From Bordetella parapertussis (lineage in GTDB: Bacteria > Pseudomonadota > Gammaproteobacteria > Burkholderiales > JACQAP01), in contig CAMDKM010000003.1 in the NCBI GenBank assembly GCA_945900965.1, positions 73,715-137,714 of the forward strand: a stretch of 64,000 bases of DNA, in the 5' to 3' direction. Every line of letters begins with the position of its first letter. The stretch's first letter is position 1. Under the pieces are notes generated by a model. It was not told the DNA's origin. It made no database searches and was given only the letters and a program-made list of their open reading frames with translations. The translations under genes and the position numbers were made by a program. This document shows positions 31,516 to 41,495 of the stretch, piece after piece.

Positions 31516-32970
31516 TCAAATCAATACGATATCGTATTGTTCCTGCATATAGATATTCTCGACCTGCAGCGACACGGGTTTTCCAATGAATTCTTCGAGC
31601 ATGGCCAGGCTCTGCGATTCTTCGTCGAGGAACATGTCGATGACTTTCTGCGAGGCGAGAATCCGGAATTCCCGCGCCTCGAATTGCCTGGCCTCGCGCA
31701 GCAGGTCGCGCAGGATCTCGTAGCACACGGTCTGGGCGGTTTTCAGCTCGCCGCGAGCCTGACAGGTCGGGCAGGGCTCGCACAAAATATGCGCAAGGCT
31801 TTCGCGTGTGCGCTTGCGCGTCATCTCCACCAGGCCAAGTTGGGTGAAACCGTTCACCGTCATGCGGGTGCGATCCGGCAGCAGGGCTTTCTTGAATTCG
31901 GAGAGCACTGCCTCGCGATGCGACTCGCTGTCCATGTCTATGAAATCGACGATGATGATGCCGCCCAGATTGCGCAGGCGCAGCTGACGGGCGATGGCCT
32001 GGGCAGCTTCCAGGTTGGTCTTGAAAATCGTGTCGTCGAAGCTGCGCCCGCCGACAAAGCCACCCGTATTGACGTCGATCGTGGTAAGCGCCTCGGTCTG
32101 ATCGATGATCAGGTATCCACCCGATTTCAGCGTCACGCGCCGTGCCAGCGCCTTCTCGATTTCTTCCTCGACGCCATACAGATCGAACAAGGGCCGGTCA
32201 CCGACATAATGGTGGAGTCGATCGATGAAGTTTCGCGTGTACTCCCGGGCGAAAGCCTGCATGCGCTGAAACGTCTCCCGGGAATCCACCAGAATGCGTC
32301 CGGTTTCATCGTTGAAAAAATCGCGCAGCACCCGCATCGCGAGCGTGAGATCCTGGTACAGCAAGGCTGGCGCCGCAGCCGTGCGCGAGCGCTCTTCGAT
32401 ATCGGCCCAGAGTTTGCGCAGATATGCGATGTCGTTCGCCAATTCCCTGTCGTTGGCCGTTTCGGCCATGGTGCGCACGATGAATCCACCGCTTTCCTCC
32501 GGTGGGATCAGGTGCTGCAATTTTTCCCGCAATAGCGCGCGTTCGGCTTCGTCCTCGATGCGCTGCGATATGCCGATATGCGATTCCTGCGGCAGATACA
32601 CCAGCAGGCGGCCGGCAATGCTGATCTGAGTGGAAAGCCGGGCGCCCTTGGTACTGATCGGGTCCTTGATGACTTGCACCAGGAGTTTCTGACCATCCTG
32701 CAAAATGCGCTCGATCGGTTTGCCTTCGGAATTATTCTGGCGATGCCCCCAGATATCCGCTACGTGCAGAAACGCCGCGCGGTCCAGTCCGATCTGGATG
32801 AAGGCCGACTGCATGCCCGGCAATACCCGGCTGACTTCACCCAGATAAATATTGCCAACCAGTCCGCGACTGCCGGTGCGCTCGATGTGCAGCTCCTGGG
32901 CTACGCCCTGCTGCATCACCGCCACCCGGGTTTCCTGGGGCGTAACATTGATCAGGACTTCTTCGTTCAC
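31516..32970 (-). CDS. rng: Ribonuclease G
   Basis: GNIYLG.V.RVLPGMQSAF; IDVNTG; LRLRNLGGIIIVDFIDM; CPTC. Confidence 0.95.
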   Translation of the reverse strand: MNEEVLINVTPQETRVAVMQQGVAQELHIERTGSRGLVGNIYLGEVSRVLPGMQSAFIQIGLDRAAFLHVADIWGHRQNNSEGKPIERILQDGQKLLVQVIKDPISTKGARLSTQISIAGRLLVYLPQESHIGISQRIEDEAERALLREKLQHLIPPEESGGFIVRTMAETANDRELANDIAYLRKLWADIEERSRTAAAPALLYQDLTLAMRVLRDFFNDETGRILVDSRETFQRMQAFAREYTRNFIDRLHHYVGDRPLFDLYGVEEEIEKALARRVTLKSGGYLIIDQTEALTTIDVNTGGFVGGRSFDDTIFKTNLEAAQAIARQLRLRNLGGIIIVDFIDMDSESHREAVLSEFKKALLPDRTRMTVNGFTQLGLVEMTRKRTRESLAHILCEPCPTCQARGELKTAQTVCYEILRDLLREARQFEAREFRILASQKVIDMFLDEESQSLAMLEEFIGKPVSLQVENIYMQEQYDIVLI

Positions 32971-33587
32971 AGCAATTGGAAGCCAAAGTGAGTCAACAAG
33001 CGGGCGGTCTCGAACATCGGCAGGCCCATCACGCCGCTGTAACTGCCGTGGATGTATTCGATGAACATCGATGCCTTTCCCTGGATGCCGTAAGCGCCGG
33101 CCTTGTCCATAGGGTCACCCGCCGCGACGTAACGGCGAATTTCATCTTCGCTCAATTCCCGGAATCGAACGTCGGTGGCGGACAGTTCTTCCTTGACGCT
33201 GTCATGGTATCTTACCGACACTGCGGTATAGACTTGGTGCGTGGTGGCGGAGAGCCGCTTGAGCATGGCGACCGCTTCTTCGCGATCCTTTGGTTTGGCC
33301 AAAATCTGGTCATCCAGCGCAACGGTGGTGTCCGCGGCCAGCACCGGGTGACGTATCAGTCGTCTTTGCTCGAGGCGCAGCCAGCCTGCCTGCGCTTTGA
33401 GACGTGCCACTCGTACGACATAGTCGCGAGGCAATTCGTCCGGCAACGGCGTTTCGTCGAAATCAGCATCCCGTCCGCTGCCGTCGCGCAACATCAGCAT
33501 CTCGAAATTGACGCCCATTTGCTTGAGCAGATCGCGCCGGCGTGCCGAGCGCGAGGCGAGATAGATGTGTTTTTCCAGTGCCGTCAC
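32967..33587 (-). CDS. maf: Maf family nucleoside triphosphate pyrophosphatase
   Basis: LASRSARR; AADT; DKAGAYGIQG. Confidence 0.92.
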   Translation of the reverse strand: MTALEKHIYLASRSARRRDLLKQMGVNFEMLMLRDGSGRDADFDETPLPDELPRDYVVRVARLKAQAGWLRLEQRRLIRHPVLAADTTVALDDQILAKPKDREEAVAMLKRLSATTHQVYTAVSVRYHDSVKEELSATDVRFRELSEDEIRRYVAAGDPMDKAGAYGIQGKASMFIEYIHGSYSGVMGLPMFETARLLTHFGFQLL

Positions 33588-33638
33588 AGTGCGTTCCCTA
33601 GGTCCGTAATGTTTTCGCGCCGCAAAATGACGCCAAGC

Positions 33639-34121
33639 TTATTCCCGATGGTAGGGATGATTCCGGTTCAGCGACAGTGCCCGGTAAAGTTGCTCGGCGA
33701 GTATCACTCGCACCATGGCATGGGGAAGCGTCATTGCCGACAACGAGAGCAAGATGTCGGCATCGTCTTTCAAGCCCCGATCCAGCCCATCGGCCCCGCC
33801 AATCATGAATGCGACGTCGCGTCCCTCCTGCTGCCAGCCGTCAAGCCGGCGCGCGAGTTCCCCGGTAGTCCACTGCTTGCCCTGTTCGTCGAGTGCTATT
33901 TTCACACAGGCCGGCGGGAGGGCGGCAAGGACGCGGGCTTTCTCTGCCAACAGAAGTCGCGCGGTACCTGCTGCTGACGGTTTTGCGCTGGAGCGAGATA
34001 CGGGTTTGATTTCCACCAAGGCAATGCGCGCGTCCCGCGGCATTCGCCGGGCATAGTCATCGAAGCCGTCCACCACCCAGGCAGGCGGGCGGTGTCCCAC
34101 CGCGATGACGTGAAGTTTCAA
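33639..34121 (-). CDS. rlmH: 23S rRNA m3-pseudouridine1915 methyltransferase RlmH
   Basis: IGGADG; EQLYRA; HPYHR. Confidence 0.95.
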   Translation of the reverse strand: MKLHVIAVGHRPPAWVVDGFDDYARRMPRDARIALVEIKPVSRSSAKPSAAGTARLLLAEKARVLAALPPACVKIALDEQGKQWTTGELARRLDGWQQEGRDVAFMIGGADGLDRGLKDDADILLSLSAMTLPHAMVRVILAEQLYRALSLNRNHPYHRE

Positions 34122-34127
34122 TCCGGA

Positions 34128-34514
34128 TTACGGCGGCGGCGGCGCTTCTGCCCCCGGCAAGTTGCGCCAGGGGGAGTGGTGTGGTGTAGGCGGGTGGCCG
34201 CCCCACAGGCTTTCAATATCGTAGTAGGCGCGTACCGCTGGTTGCATGACATGCACCACAACGTCGCCCAGGTCCACCAATACCCAGTCGCCGCTTTGTT
34301 CCCCTTCCAGCCCCTGGGCGCGAACTCCCTCTTCCCTAAGCTTATCCTGCACGTGGTTGGCCAGGGCCTTGGCTTGGCGCGCGGAATCCGCGGTGGCAAC
34401 AATCATGTAGTCGAACAGGGATGTCAATTTTCTGACATCCAGAACGCTAATGTCGCGTGCCTTGATATCCTCGAGAGCGGCAACCGCCGCCCGTTTAATT
34501 GCTTCAACTCGCAT
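34128..34514 (-). CDS. rsfS: Ribosome silencing factor RsfS
   Basis: ALEDIKA; WVLVDLGDVVVHVM; YYDIESLW. Confidence 0.93.
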   Translation of the reverse strand: MRVEAIKRAAVAALEDIKARDISVLDVRKLTSLFDYMIVATADSARQAKALANHVQDKLREEGVRAQGLEGEQSGDWVLVDLGDVVVHVMQPAVRAYYDIESLWGGHPPTPHHSPWRNLPGAEAPPPP

Positions 34515-35172
34515 TGTTTCCCTTGTAAAGACGATGTTTTTCAATATACGCGATCACTGCATCGGGCAGCAGGTAGCGCAGACTTTCCCCCCGCGCAATC
34601 AATTTTCGCAAAGCGCTGGCGGACACATCCAGCGCGGTGAGTTCGTGGGTAAAGATTCGGCCGCCTGGCTTCTGCGTCAATACCGCCCGTTCGGTGCAGT
34701 GCCGGTCGAGGTATTCCGCCTTGAGCGCGGCGGGCAGAGCGGCCGCCAGATCCTGCAGCGGATAGCCCGGCCGCCGCGCCACGACGATGTGGACCAATTC
34801 GATCAATTCCCGCCAGCGATGCCAGGTGGCAAGCTCCAGGAAGGCATCCGCGCCCATCAGAAGGCACAGGGGACGATCGAATTCTGCGCGCATTTCCCTG
34901 GCCGTATCGAAGGTATAGCTGGGTCCTTGCCTGGCCAGTTCCCGGTCGTCCACTTGGAAAAGGGGATTGTCGGCCACCGCGAGTCGCACCATATCCAGGC
35001 GATGCTGGGCGGAGGCAGACGGAGTGCCCCGATGCGGAGGCACGGCGGCAGGAACGAAACGAACCCGAGTCAGGCCAAAGGTGTCGGCCAGTTCTTCGGC
35101 CAGTCGCAGATGGGCCAGGTGAATCGGGTCGAACGTGCCTCCCAGTACGCCGATGGGGCCGTTGGAGGTCAA
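34504..35172 (-). CDS. nadD: Nicotinate-nucleotide adenylyltransferase
   Basis: GGTFDPIHLAH; PPHR; MGADAF; VSASALR. Confidence 0.93.
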   Translation of the reverse strand: MTSNGPIGVLGGTFDPIHLAHLRLAEELADTFGLTRVRFVPAAVPPHRGTPSASAQHRLDMVRLAVADNPLFQVDDRELARQGPSYTFDTAREMRAEFDRPLCLLMGADAFLELATWHRWRELIELVHIVVARRPGYPLQDLAAALPAALKAEYLDRHCTERAVLTQKPGGRIFTHELTALDVSASALRKLIARGESLRYLLPDAVIAYIEKHRLYKGNNAS

Positions 35173-35194
35173 ATGCCAATTGCCGGTTGAAGGG

Positions 35195-35294
35195 CGGTGA
35201 ACGATGAACGGTGAACGGTGAACAGCGAACGGTGATCGGTAGTCGGTAATAGGACTCGGTTTTGACCGTTCACCGTTCGCCGATTACTGTTCAC
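35195..35294. repeat. Inverted heptamer array (CGGTGAA)x8 / (TTCACCG)x4-5
   Basis: cggtgaa cgatgaa cggtgaa cggtgaa cagcgaa cggtgat cggtagt cggtaat ... ttgaccg ttcaccg ttcgccg attactg ttcac. Confidence 0.85.
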
Positions 35295-36592
35295 AACAGA
35301 ACCCGGCGGATATCTGTCAGTGTCGCATTGAGTTGAGTGATGAAGCGCGCGCCCTGAGCACCGTCCACCGCGCGATGATCATAAGACAGTGACAGCGGAA
35401 GCATCAGGCGCGGCACGAACTGGCCATCCTTCCAGACTGGTTTCATCGAAGCCTTCGATATGCCCAGAATGGCGACCTCGGGTGCGTTGACGATCGGCGT
35501 GAAATGTGTGCCGCCGATGCCACCGAGGCTGGAAATGGAAAAGCTGCCACCCTGCATGTCATTCGGCCCGAGTTTGCCCTCGCGCGCCTTGGCACTGATG
35601 TCAGCCAGTTCCTTCGCCAGTTGCAGCACGCCTTTCTGATCCACTTCGCGAATCACCGGCACCACCAGGCCACCCGGCGTGTCCACCGCCACGCCGATGT
35701 GGTAGTAACGTTTGAGAATCAGAGCATCGCCGGAGGGCGCCAGCGAGGCATTGAACTCCGGGTGGGACTTGAGGGCCGCGACCACCGCCTTCATGATCAA
35801 AGCGAGCGGGGTAATCTTGACGCCCAGCTTTTGCGCCTCGTCCGTCATTTGTTTGCGGAAGGCTTCCAGTTCGGTGATGTCCGCCTCGTCGTTCTGGGTG
35901 ACATGCGGAATCTGAACCCAGTTGCGGTGTAGTGCCGGCCCGGAAATTTTCTTGATGCGCGACATCGGCTGGCTATCCACCGGGCCGAACTTGGCGAAAT
36001 CCACCTGTGGCCAGGCTGGCAGACCCAGCGACATGCCGGCGCTACTGGTTCCGCTGGAAGGTTGCTGAAGCGCGGACTTCACGAAAGTGGCAATGTCGTC
36101 TTTGAGTATGCGTTGCTTTGGGCCACTGCCTTTAACCTTGCCGAGATCGACGCCGAGTTCGCGGGCGAAACGTCGTACCGACGGACTGGCGTGGGCCAGA
36201 CTGAAGCCCTGTTCGTCGATGGGCGTTGAGACCGGCAATGGTGAGGGCGTCGCAACCGGTGCCGGCGTGGGTTTCGCGGCGACGGGCGCGGGCGCCGCTG
36301 CTACAGGTGCCGGTTTCTGTGGTGGCGCAACGGCCCCAACCGCATTGCTTTCGGTAATTTCGATGCTGAGGATCGGCATCCCTTCCGATACCTTGTCCCC
36401 AAGCTTGATTTTCATTTCCTTGACCACGCCGGCAAACGGCGCCGGAACATCCATCGTCGCCTTGTCGGATTCCAGCGTGATCAGGGAATCTTCCGGCTTG
36501 ACGGCATCGCCCGGCTTGACCAGCACTTCGATCACCGGAATGCCCTTGAAATCACCGATGTCAGGAACGAGAACGTCTCTTAGGCTGCCCAT
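35291..36592 (-). CDS. aceF: Pyruvate dehydrogenase E2, dihydrolipoamide acetyltransferase (one lipoyl domain)
   Basis: LESDKATM; HASPSVRRFAR; DHRAVDGA. Confidence 0.95.
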   Translation of the reverse strand: MGSLRDVLVPDIGDFKGIPVIEVLVKPGDAVKPEDSLITLESDKATMDVPAPFAGVVKEMKIKLGDKVSEGMPILSIEITESNAVGAVAPPQKPAPVAAAPAPVAAKPTPAPVATPSPLPVSTPIDEQGFSLAHASPSVRRFARELGVDLGKVKGSGPKQRILKDDIATFVKSALQQPSSGTSSAGMSLGLPAWPQVDFAKFGPVDSQPMSRIKKISGPALHRNWVQIPHVTQNDEADITELEAFRKQMTDEAQKLGVKITPLALIMKAVVAALKSHPEFNASLAPSGDALILKRYYHIGVAVDTPGGLVVPVIREVDQKGVLQLAKELADISAKAREGKLGPNDMQGGSFSISSLGGIGGTHFTPIVNAPEVAILGISKASMKPVWKDGQFVPRLMLPLSLSYDHRAVDGAQGARFITQLNATLTDIRRVLL

Positions 36593-36619
36593 GGTTTTGA
36601 TTGGTAAATGGTTAAAAAT

Positions 36620-36799
36620 TGAAAGCGTGAAAAGTGAATGAGTGAATGAGTGAAAAGTGAACGCGTTGTCAGCGATTTACCGCTGTGGACCCGAAGATAC
36701 ATTCTGGGCCGGATAATCCTTGGGCTTTTATCCTTTATGGTCGCAGACCGGTACCCTGTGGGCACACATTCACCCTTATACGCCTTCACTGTATTTCAC
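36620..36799. repeat. Degenerate inverted GTGAA(A/T)-type 7/8-mer array between aceE and aceF
   Basis: gtgaaaa gtgaatga gtgaatga gtgaaaa gtgaacg ... cattcac ccttata cgccttcac tgtatttcac. Confidence 0.6.
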
Positions 36800-39465
36800 A
36801 CCGTCACCGGATTGGGTTTCTCCGGATCGATGCCGTATTTCTTGATGGCCTTGGTGACGGTGGCTGGCGGGATGGTGCCTTCGTCGGCAAGGGCCTTGAG
36901 CGCCGCCACCGCGACATAATAACGATCGACCTCGAAAAATTTCCGCAACTGCCGTCGATAATCCGAACGCCCGAATCCATCGGTGCCGAGCACAACGTAA
37001 AGTTTGTAGATAAACGGCCGGATCTGGTCGGCAAACAGTTTCATGTAATCGGTGGCAGCCACCACCGGGCCCGGTGAGGCATTGAGGCACTGGCCAACAT
37101 AGGTTTCGCGCGGCTTGTCTTCCGGATGCAGAAGATTCCAGCGCTGAACGTCCAGACCTTCGCGGCGCAGCTCGTTGAAGCTGGTGCAGCTCCACACGTC
37201 GCCGGCGACGCCGAAATCCTTTTCCAGCAATTCCTGTGCGGCAATCACTTCGCGCAGGATGGCCCCGCTGCCCAGCAATTGCACGCGCGGCGCGTCCTTC
37301 TTGCCCCCCGCCCCTCTTCCCTCCCGCAGCTTGTACATGCCCTTCAAGATACCGTCCTCGCAGCCCTTGGGCATCGCCGGGTGAGGGTAATTTTCGTTGA
37401 GCAGCGTGAGGTAATAAAACACGTCCTGCTGCTCGCCGAACATGCGCCGCAATCCGTCCTGGATGATGACCGCTACCTCGTAGGCGAACGTCGGGTCGTA
37501 GGAAATGCAGTTCGGTATGGTCGAGGAAATGATGTGGCTGTGGCCGTCTTCGTGCTGCAAGCCTTCGCCATTCAATGTGGTGCGCCCGGAGGTGCCGCCC
37601 AGCATGAAACCGCGCGCGCGCTGATCGCCCGCCGCCCACGCCAGGTCGCCCACACGCTGGAAGCCGAACATCGAGTAATAAATGTAAAACGGGATCATGG
37701 TGACCCCATGTGTGGAATACGATGTCGCCGCCGCGATCCAGGAAGACATCGCGCCCGGCTCGTTGATCCCTTCCTGCAGAATCTGGCCGTGTTTGTCTTC
37801 CTTGTAGAACATCAGTTGGTCCTTGTCTTCCGGCGTGTACAACTGCCCCACCGATGACCAGATGCCCAATTGGCGGAACATGCCTTCCATACCGAAGGTG
37901 CGCGACTCGTCGGGCACGATTGGCACTACGCGCTTGCCGAGGTTCTTGTCTTTGACCAGGATATTGAGAATGCGCACAAAGGCCATGGTGGTGGACATCT
38001 CGCGCTCTTCGGAGCTCTTGAGCAGCGGCTCGAAGGCGGTGAGCAGCGGGATCTCTAGCTGGTCGCCCTTCTGACGGCGCGAAGGAAGGTAGCCGCCGAG
38101 TTCCATGCGGCGCTTGCGCATGTATTCCAGCTCGGGCGAACCGTCCTTGAAGGTCAGATAGGGGATTTCATCGAGCTTGTCGTCCGGGATCGGCAGGTCG
38201 AAGCGGTCGCGGAAGGCCTTCAGCGAAGTGGTGCCCATTTTTTTCTGCTGATGGGTGATGTTCTGCGCTTCGCCGGCTTCACCCATGCCGTAGCCCTTGA
38301 TAGTCTTGGCCAAAATGACGGTGGGCTGTCCCTGCGTCTTGACGGCTGCGGCATAGGCCGCGTAAATTTTGTGCGGGTCGTGGCCGCCGCGATTCAGCCG
38401 CCAGATGTCGTCGTCGGACATGCTGGACACCATTTCCAGCAACTCGGGATATTTGCCGAAGAAGTATTTGCGCACATAGGCGCCGTCCTTGGACTTGAAG
38501 GTCTGGTATTCGCCATCCACCGCTTCTTCCATGCGCCGCATCAGCGTGCCGTTGCGATCCCTGGCCAGTAGAGAATCCCAGTACGCGCCCCAGATCACCT
38601 TGATGACATTCCAGCCGGCGCCACGGAAATCCGCTTCCAGCTCCTGGATGATTTTGCCGTTGCCACGCACCGGGCCATCGAGGCGTTGCAGATTGCAGTT
38701 GACGACAAAAATCAGGTTGTCGAGTTTTTCGCGCGCCGCCACGCCGATGGCGCCCATGGATTCGGGTTCGTCGCATTCCCCATCGCCGAGGAAACACCAG
38801 ACCTTGCGGCCGTCGGTATTGGCGATGCCGCGGTCTTGCAGATATTTCATGAAACGCGCCTGGTAAATCGCCATGATCGGCCCCAGACCCATCGACACCG
38901 TGGGGAATTGCCAGAAATCCGGCATGAGCCACGGATGCGGATAAGACGAGAGGCCCTTGCCATCCACTTCCTGGCGGAAGTTGTCCATCTGCTCATGAGT
39001 CAGCCGGCCCAGCATGAAGGCCCGCGCATAAACGCCGGGCGCCGAATGCCCCTGTACGAACACCAGATCGCCACCGTGTTTTTCCGAGGCGGCGTGCCAG
39101 AAATGATTGTAGCCCACGTCGTAGAGCGTGGCGGCGGAGGCAAAACTCGCAATATGCCCGCCCAGTTCCGAGGATTGCTTGTTTGCGCGTAGCACCATAG
39201 CTGCGGCATTCCAGCGCACATAGCAGCGGATGCGGTGTTCCAGTTCGTGGTCGCCCGGCGAGCGTGTTTCCTGGCCTGCGGGGATGGTATTGATGTAGGC
39301 GGTATTGGCGCTGTAGGGCAGGTGGGCGCCGGAGCGGCGGGCCCGTTCGATCAGCAGTTCGAGAATGTAATGCGCCCGTTCCGGGCCTTCGTGATGCAGG
39401 ACGCCCTCCAGGGCCTCCAGCCATTCGTTCGTTTCCTGGGGATCGTTATCCGGGAGTGCTGCCAT
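36796..39465 (-). CDS. aceE: Pyruvate dehydrogenase E1 (homodimeric type)
   Basis: GLSSYPHP; GDGECDEPES; GEGLQHEDGH; TDGFGRSD. Confidence 0.97.
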   Translation of the reverse strand: MAALPDNDPQETNEWLEALEGVLHHEGPERAHYILELLIERARRSGAHLPYSANTAYINTIPAGQETRSPGDHELEHRIRCYVRWNAAAMVLRANKQSSELGGHIASFASAATLYDVGYNHFWHAASEKHGGDLVFVQGHSAPGVYARAFMLGRLTHEQMDNFRQEVDGKGLSSYPHPWLMPDFWQFPTVSMGLGPIMAIYQARFMKYLQDRGIANTDGRKVWCFLGDGECDEPESMGAIGVAAREKLDNLIFVVNCNLQRLDGPVRGNGKIIQELEADFRGAGWNVIKVIWGAYWDSLLARDRNGTLMRRMEEAVDGEYQTFKSKDGAYVRKYFFGKYPELLEMVSSMSDDDIWRLNRGGHDPHKIYAAYAAAVKTQGQPTVILAKTIKGYGMGEAGEAQNITHQQKKMGTTSLKAFRDRFDLPIPDDKLDEIPYLTFKDGSPELEYMRKRRMELGGYLPSRRQKGDQLEIPLLTAFEPLLKSSEEREMSTTMAFVRILNILVKDKNLGKRVVPIVPDESRTFGMEGMFRQLGIWSSVGQLYTPEDKDQLMFYKEDKHGQILQEGINEPGAMSSWIAAATSYSTHGVTMIPFYIYYSMFGFQRVGDLAWAAGDQRARGFMLGGTSGRTTLNGEGLQHEDGHSHIISSTIPNCISYDPTFAYEVAVIIQDGLRRMFGEQQDVFYYLTLLNENYPHPAMPKGCEDGILKGMYKLREGRGAGGKKDAPRVQLLGSGAILREVIAAQELLEKDFGVAGDVWSCTSFNELRREGLDVQRWNLLHPEDKPRETYVGQCLNASPGPVVAATDYMKLFADQIRPFIYKLYVVLGTDGFGRSDYRRQLRKFFEVDRYYVAVAALKALADEGTIPPATVTKAIKKYGIDPEKPNPVTV

Positions 39466-39594
39466 GCATCTTTACCCTGGGTGAGGAGTCGGGGTATCGG
39501 GCGCCGGGATGTCTACCCTCTTGGCGTTTGTGACGCTGAGCCCAATATTGTGCAAAATTATAGCACCGGGCAGGCTTGCGCCCGGCGCCTGGGC

Positions 39595-40188
39595 TTACTT
39601 GGCGGGCTTGGCTGGCGGGGGCAGGCGCCCCATCAGGTAGAACTCGTCGTTGGCCCGCATATCGATCAAGTGCGCCATGCGGTTCGAGAGCGCAAAAAAC
39701 CCCGTAATCCCGCCGATATCCCAGATGTCTTCGGTGCTGAAACCATGAGAGCGCAGGGTTTCGTGGTCGGCGTCGCTAAGCGCTTCCGGCGTGCGCGAGA
39801 GTTTGCAGGCGAAATCCAGCATGGCTTTTTGGCGAGGGGTGATATCCGCCTTGCCATGATGAATCGCCATCTGGTCGGCAATCTGCGGATTTTTCGCATA
39901 AATGCGCAGGATCGCGCCGTGGGCAATCACGCAGTAAGGGCATTGGCTCCTGCCGCTGGTCGCCACCACGATCATTTCCTTTTCGGCTTTCGTCAGCCCG
40001 GATTCCCTGAGCATCAGCGCGTCGTGGTACGCGAAAAAGGCGCGGAACTCGTCCGGGCGGTGGGCCAGCGTCAGAAATACATTCGGAATGAATCCGGCCT
40101 TCTGCTGAACTTCGAGCATCTTCGTGCGGATGTCCTCGGGCAGGTCTTCTAGTTTCGGGACGGGGTACTTGCTGATCGGCTGGGTCAT
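39595..40188 (-). CDS. Peroxidase-related enzyme (AhpD/CMD family)
   Basis: KAGFIPNVF; EKEMIVVATS..QCPYCVIAHGA. Confidence 0.9.
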   Translation of the reverse strand: MTQPISKYPVPKLEDLPEDIRTKMLEVQQKAGFIPNVFLTLAHRPDEFRAFFAYHDALMLRESGLTKAEKEMIVVATSGRSQCPYCVIAHGAILRIYAKNPQIADQMAIHHGKADITPRQKAMLDFACKLSRTPEALSDADHETLRSHGFSTEDIWDIGGITGFFALSNRMAHLIDMRANDEFYLMGRLPPPAKPAK

Positions 40189-40206
40189 TGGAACTCCGAA
40201 AAAGTG

Positions 40207-40346
40207 AAAATCTCAACGCAAAGGCCGCAAAGAACGGCGAGAAAGAAAACCCAAAGTGTAAAACCGACATGTCTGTGGGTCCATGAGGTGGGATCAATCT
40301 CTTCTTTGCGATCTTCGCGCACTTTGCGTCTTTGCGTCGAGATTTT
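40207..40346. repeat. Inverted repeat built of CGCAAAG-core 8/9-mers
   Basis: AAAATCTCAACGCAAAGGCCGCAAAGAACGGCGAG ... TCTTTGCGATCTTCGCGCACTTTGCGTCTTTGCGTCGAGATTTT. Confidence 0.8.
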
Positions 40347-40568
40347 CTTTGTAGTTGCGATTGACGATGTTCGGATGTGACGATGGATTTGCAGTAGGTG
40401 AACTAGGTCGAATTAAATTCCCATTCCCATCGGCCGACCGAGCCTTGATCAATTTGGACGTTCTGGTATAAGGCAACCTGGAGATGTTACGTAAAAGGGG
40501 CTCGACGTGGCACGCTCGATCAATCCAAATAGAGGCGAGTTCCGGATCATCAGAGGAGTTGAAAAACC

Positions 40569-41180
40569 ATGAATCCAATTAAAAAGCAGTTTGGGAGGTT
40601 CCTATGTGCGATATTCATCCTGTCGCTGGGCGGGCTCATCGGTGCGGCCAGTGCCGCGGAGCGCAAGGTTCGGGTCAATGACAATTCGTTCAAGTGCATC
40701 ACCCAAATGACCAAGGTGCGCCATTTTTATGTTGACAACCTGCTCGGCAATCTCGACGAAACGTTGGATGTCGCGATCGAAGGCCGAGGCGACTACCCGG
40801 AGGGTTCAGTCGTGCAAGTCATGCCCAACGAGGTCATGGTGAAGCAGCAAAAAGGCTACAGTCCTGCCACGCGAGACTGGGAATTCTTCTGGATCGACCT
40901 GGATAAAAACGGCGCGAAGATTTTCACCCGCGGCTTTGCCGAGGTGAACAACCGTTTTGGATTGAACTGCTTCGCCTGTCACGTCAAGGCACGCCCGGAA
41001 CATGACTTCATCTGCGAAACCGATAACGGCTGCGACCCGATTCCCGTGAGCAAGGCGATGTTCGGCGCACTACAGCGGACGGATCCACGCTGCCCGGAAG
41101 CAGACCAGGTGAGCGCCGAGGACAGCGAACAACTCAGGCTGCTTGGCGAAATCGTCAAGGCGCTAACCGAAAAGAAGTAA
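40569..41180 (+). CDS. Secreted monoheme c-type cytochrome, cytochrome P460/c'-beta-like
   Basis: Signal peptide; YPEGSVV..VMVK..RDWEFF; CFACH in the C-terminal half. Confidence 0.55.
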   Translation: MNPIKKQFGRFLCAIFILSLGGLIGAASAAERKVRVNDNSFKCITQMTKVRHFYVDNLLGNLDETLDVAIEGRGDYPEGSVVQVMPNEVMVKQQKGYSPATRDWEFFWIDLDKNGAKIFTRGFAEVNNRFGLNCFACHVKARPEHDFICETDNGCDPIPVSKAMFGALQRTDPRCPEADQVSAEDSEQLRLLGEIVKALTEKK

Positions 41181-41495
41181 TCGCAATATACCTCCGCCCC
41201 GGGGCAGGCCCGGAACCTGTCCCGGCGGGTACCCTGACTTTATAGTCAGTGCGACGCCCCGAGTCGGACTGCGATTTTTACGAATTTGCAAACCTGTGCG
41301 CGTCTGATTGCGTTTTGCTTGAGAGGAAGAGACGTCCCTCACGCAAGCTCAGAGGAAGCAATTGGCGCGGTTTTCTCCGAACTCGTATCGGAAGCCGGCG
41401 CGGCGCGGTGCGCGGTCATGCGCGCGCTGTTGAAGCAGGAGTAATCTGTTGGGCTGGTACACGTGCAATCCAAACACTTTGCGGAGGAGAGCAAG

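Noticed and set aside
31345..33977. Long plus-strand ORFs (396 and 333 aa)
   Set aside because: Antisense shadows of rng, maf and rlmH, typical of GC-rich DNA
35195..35294. Heptamer arrays as CRISPR
   Set aside because: 7-bp contiguous units without unique spacers
40508..40525. TGGCACG as a sigma54 -24 box for the cytochrome gene
   Set aside because: No TTGC at -12
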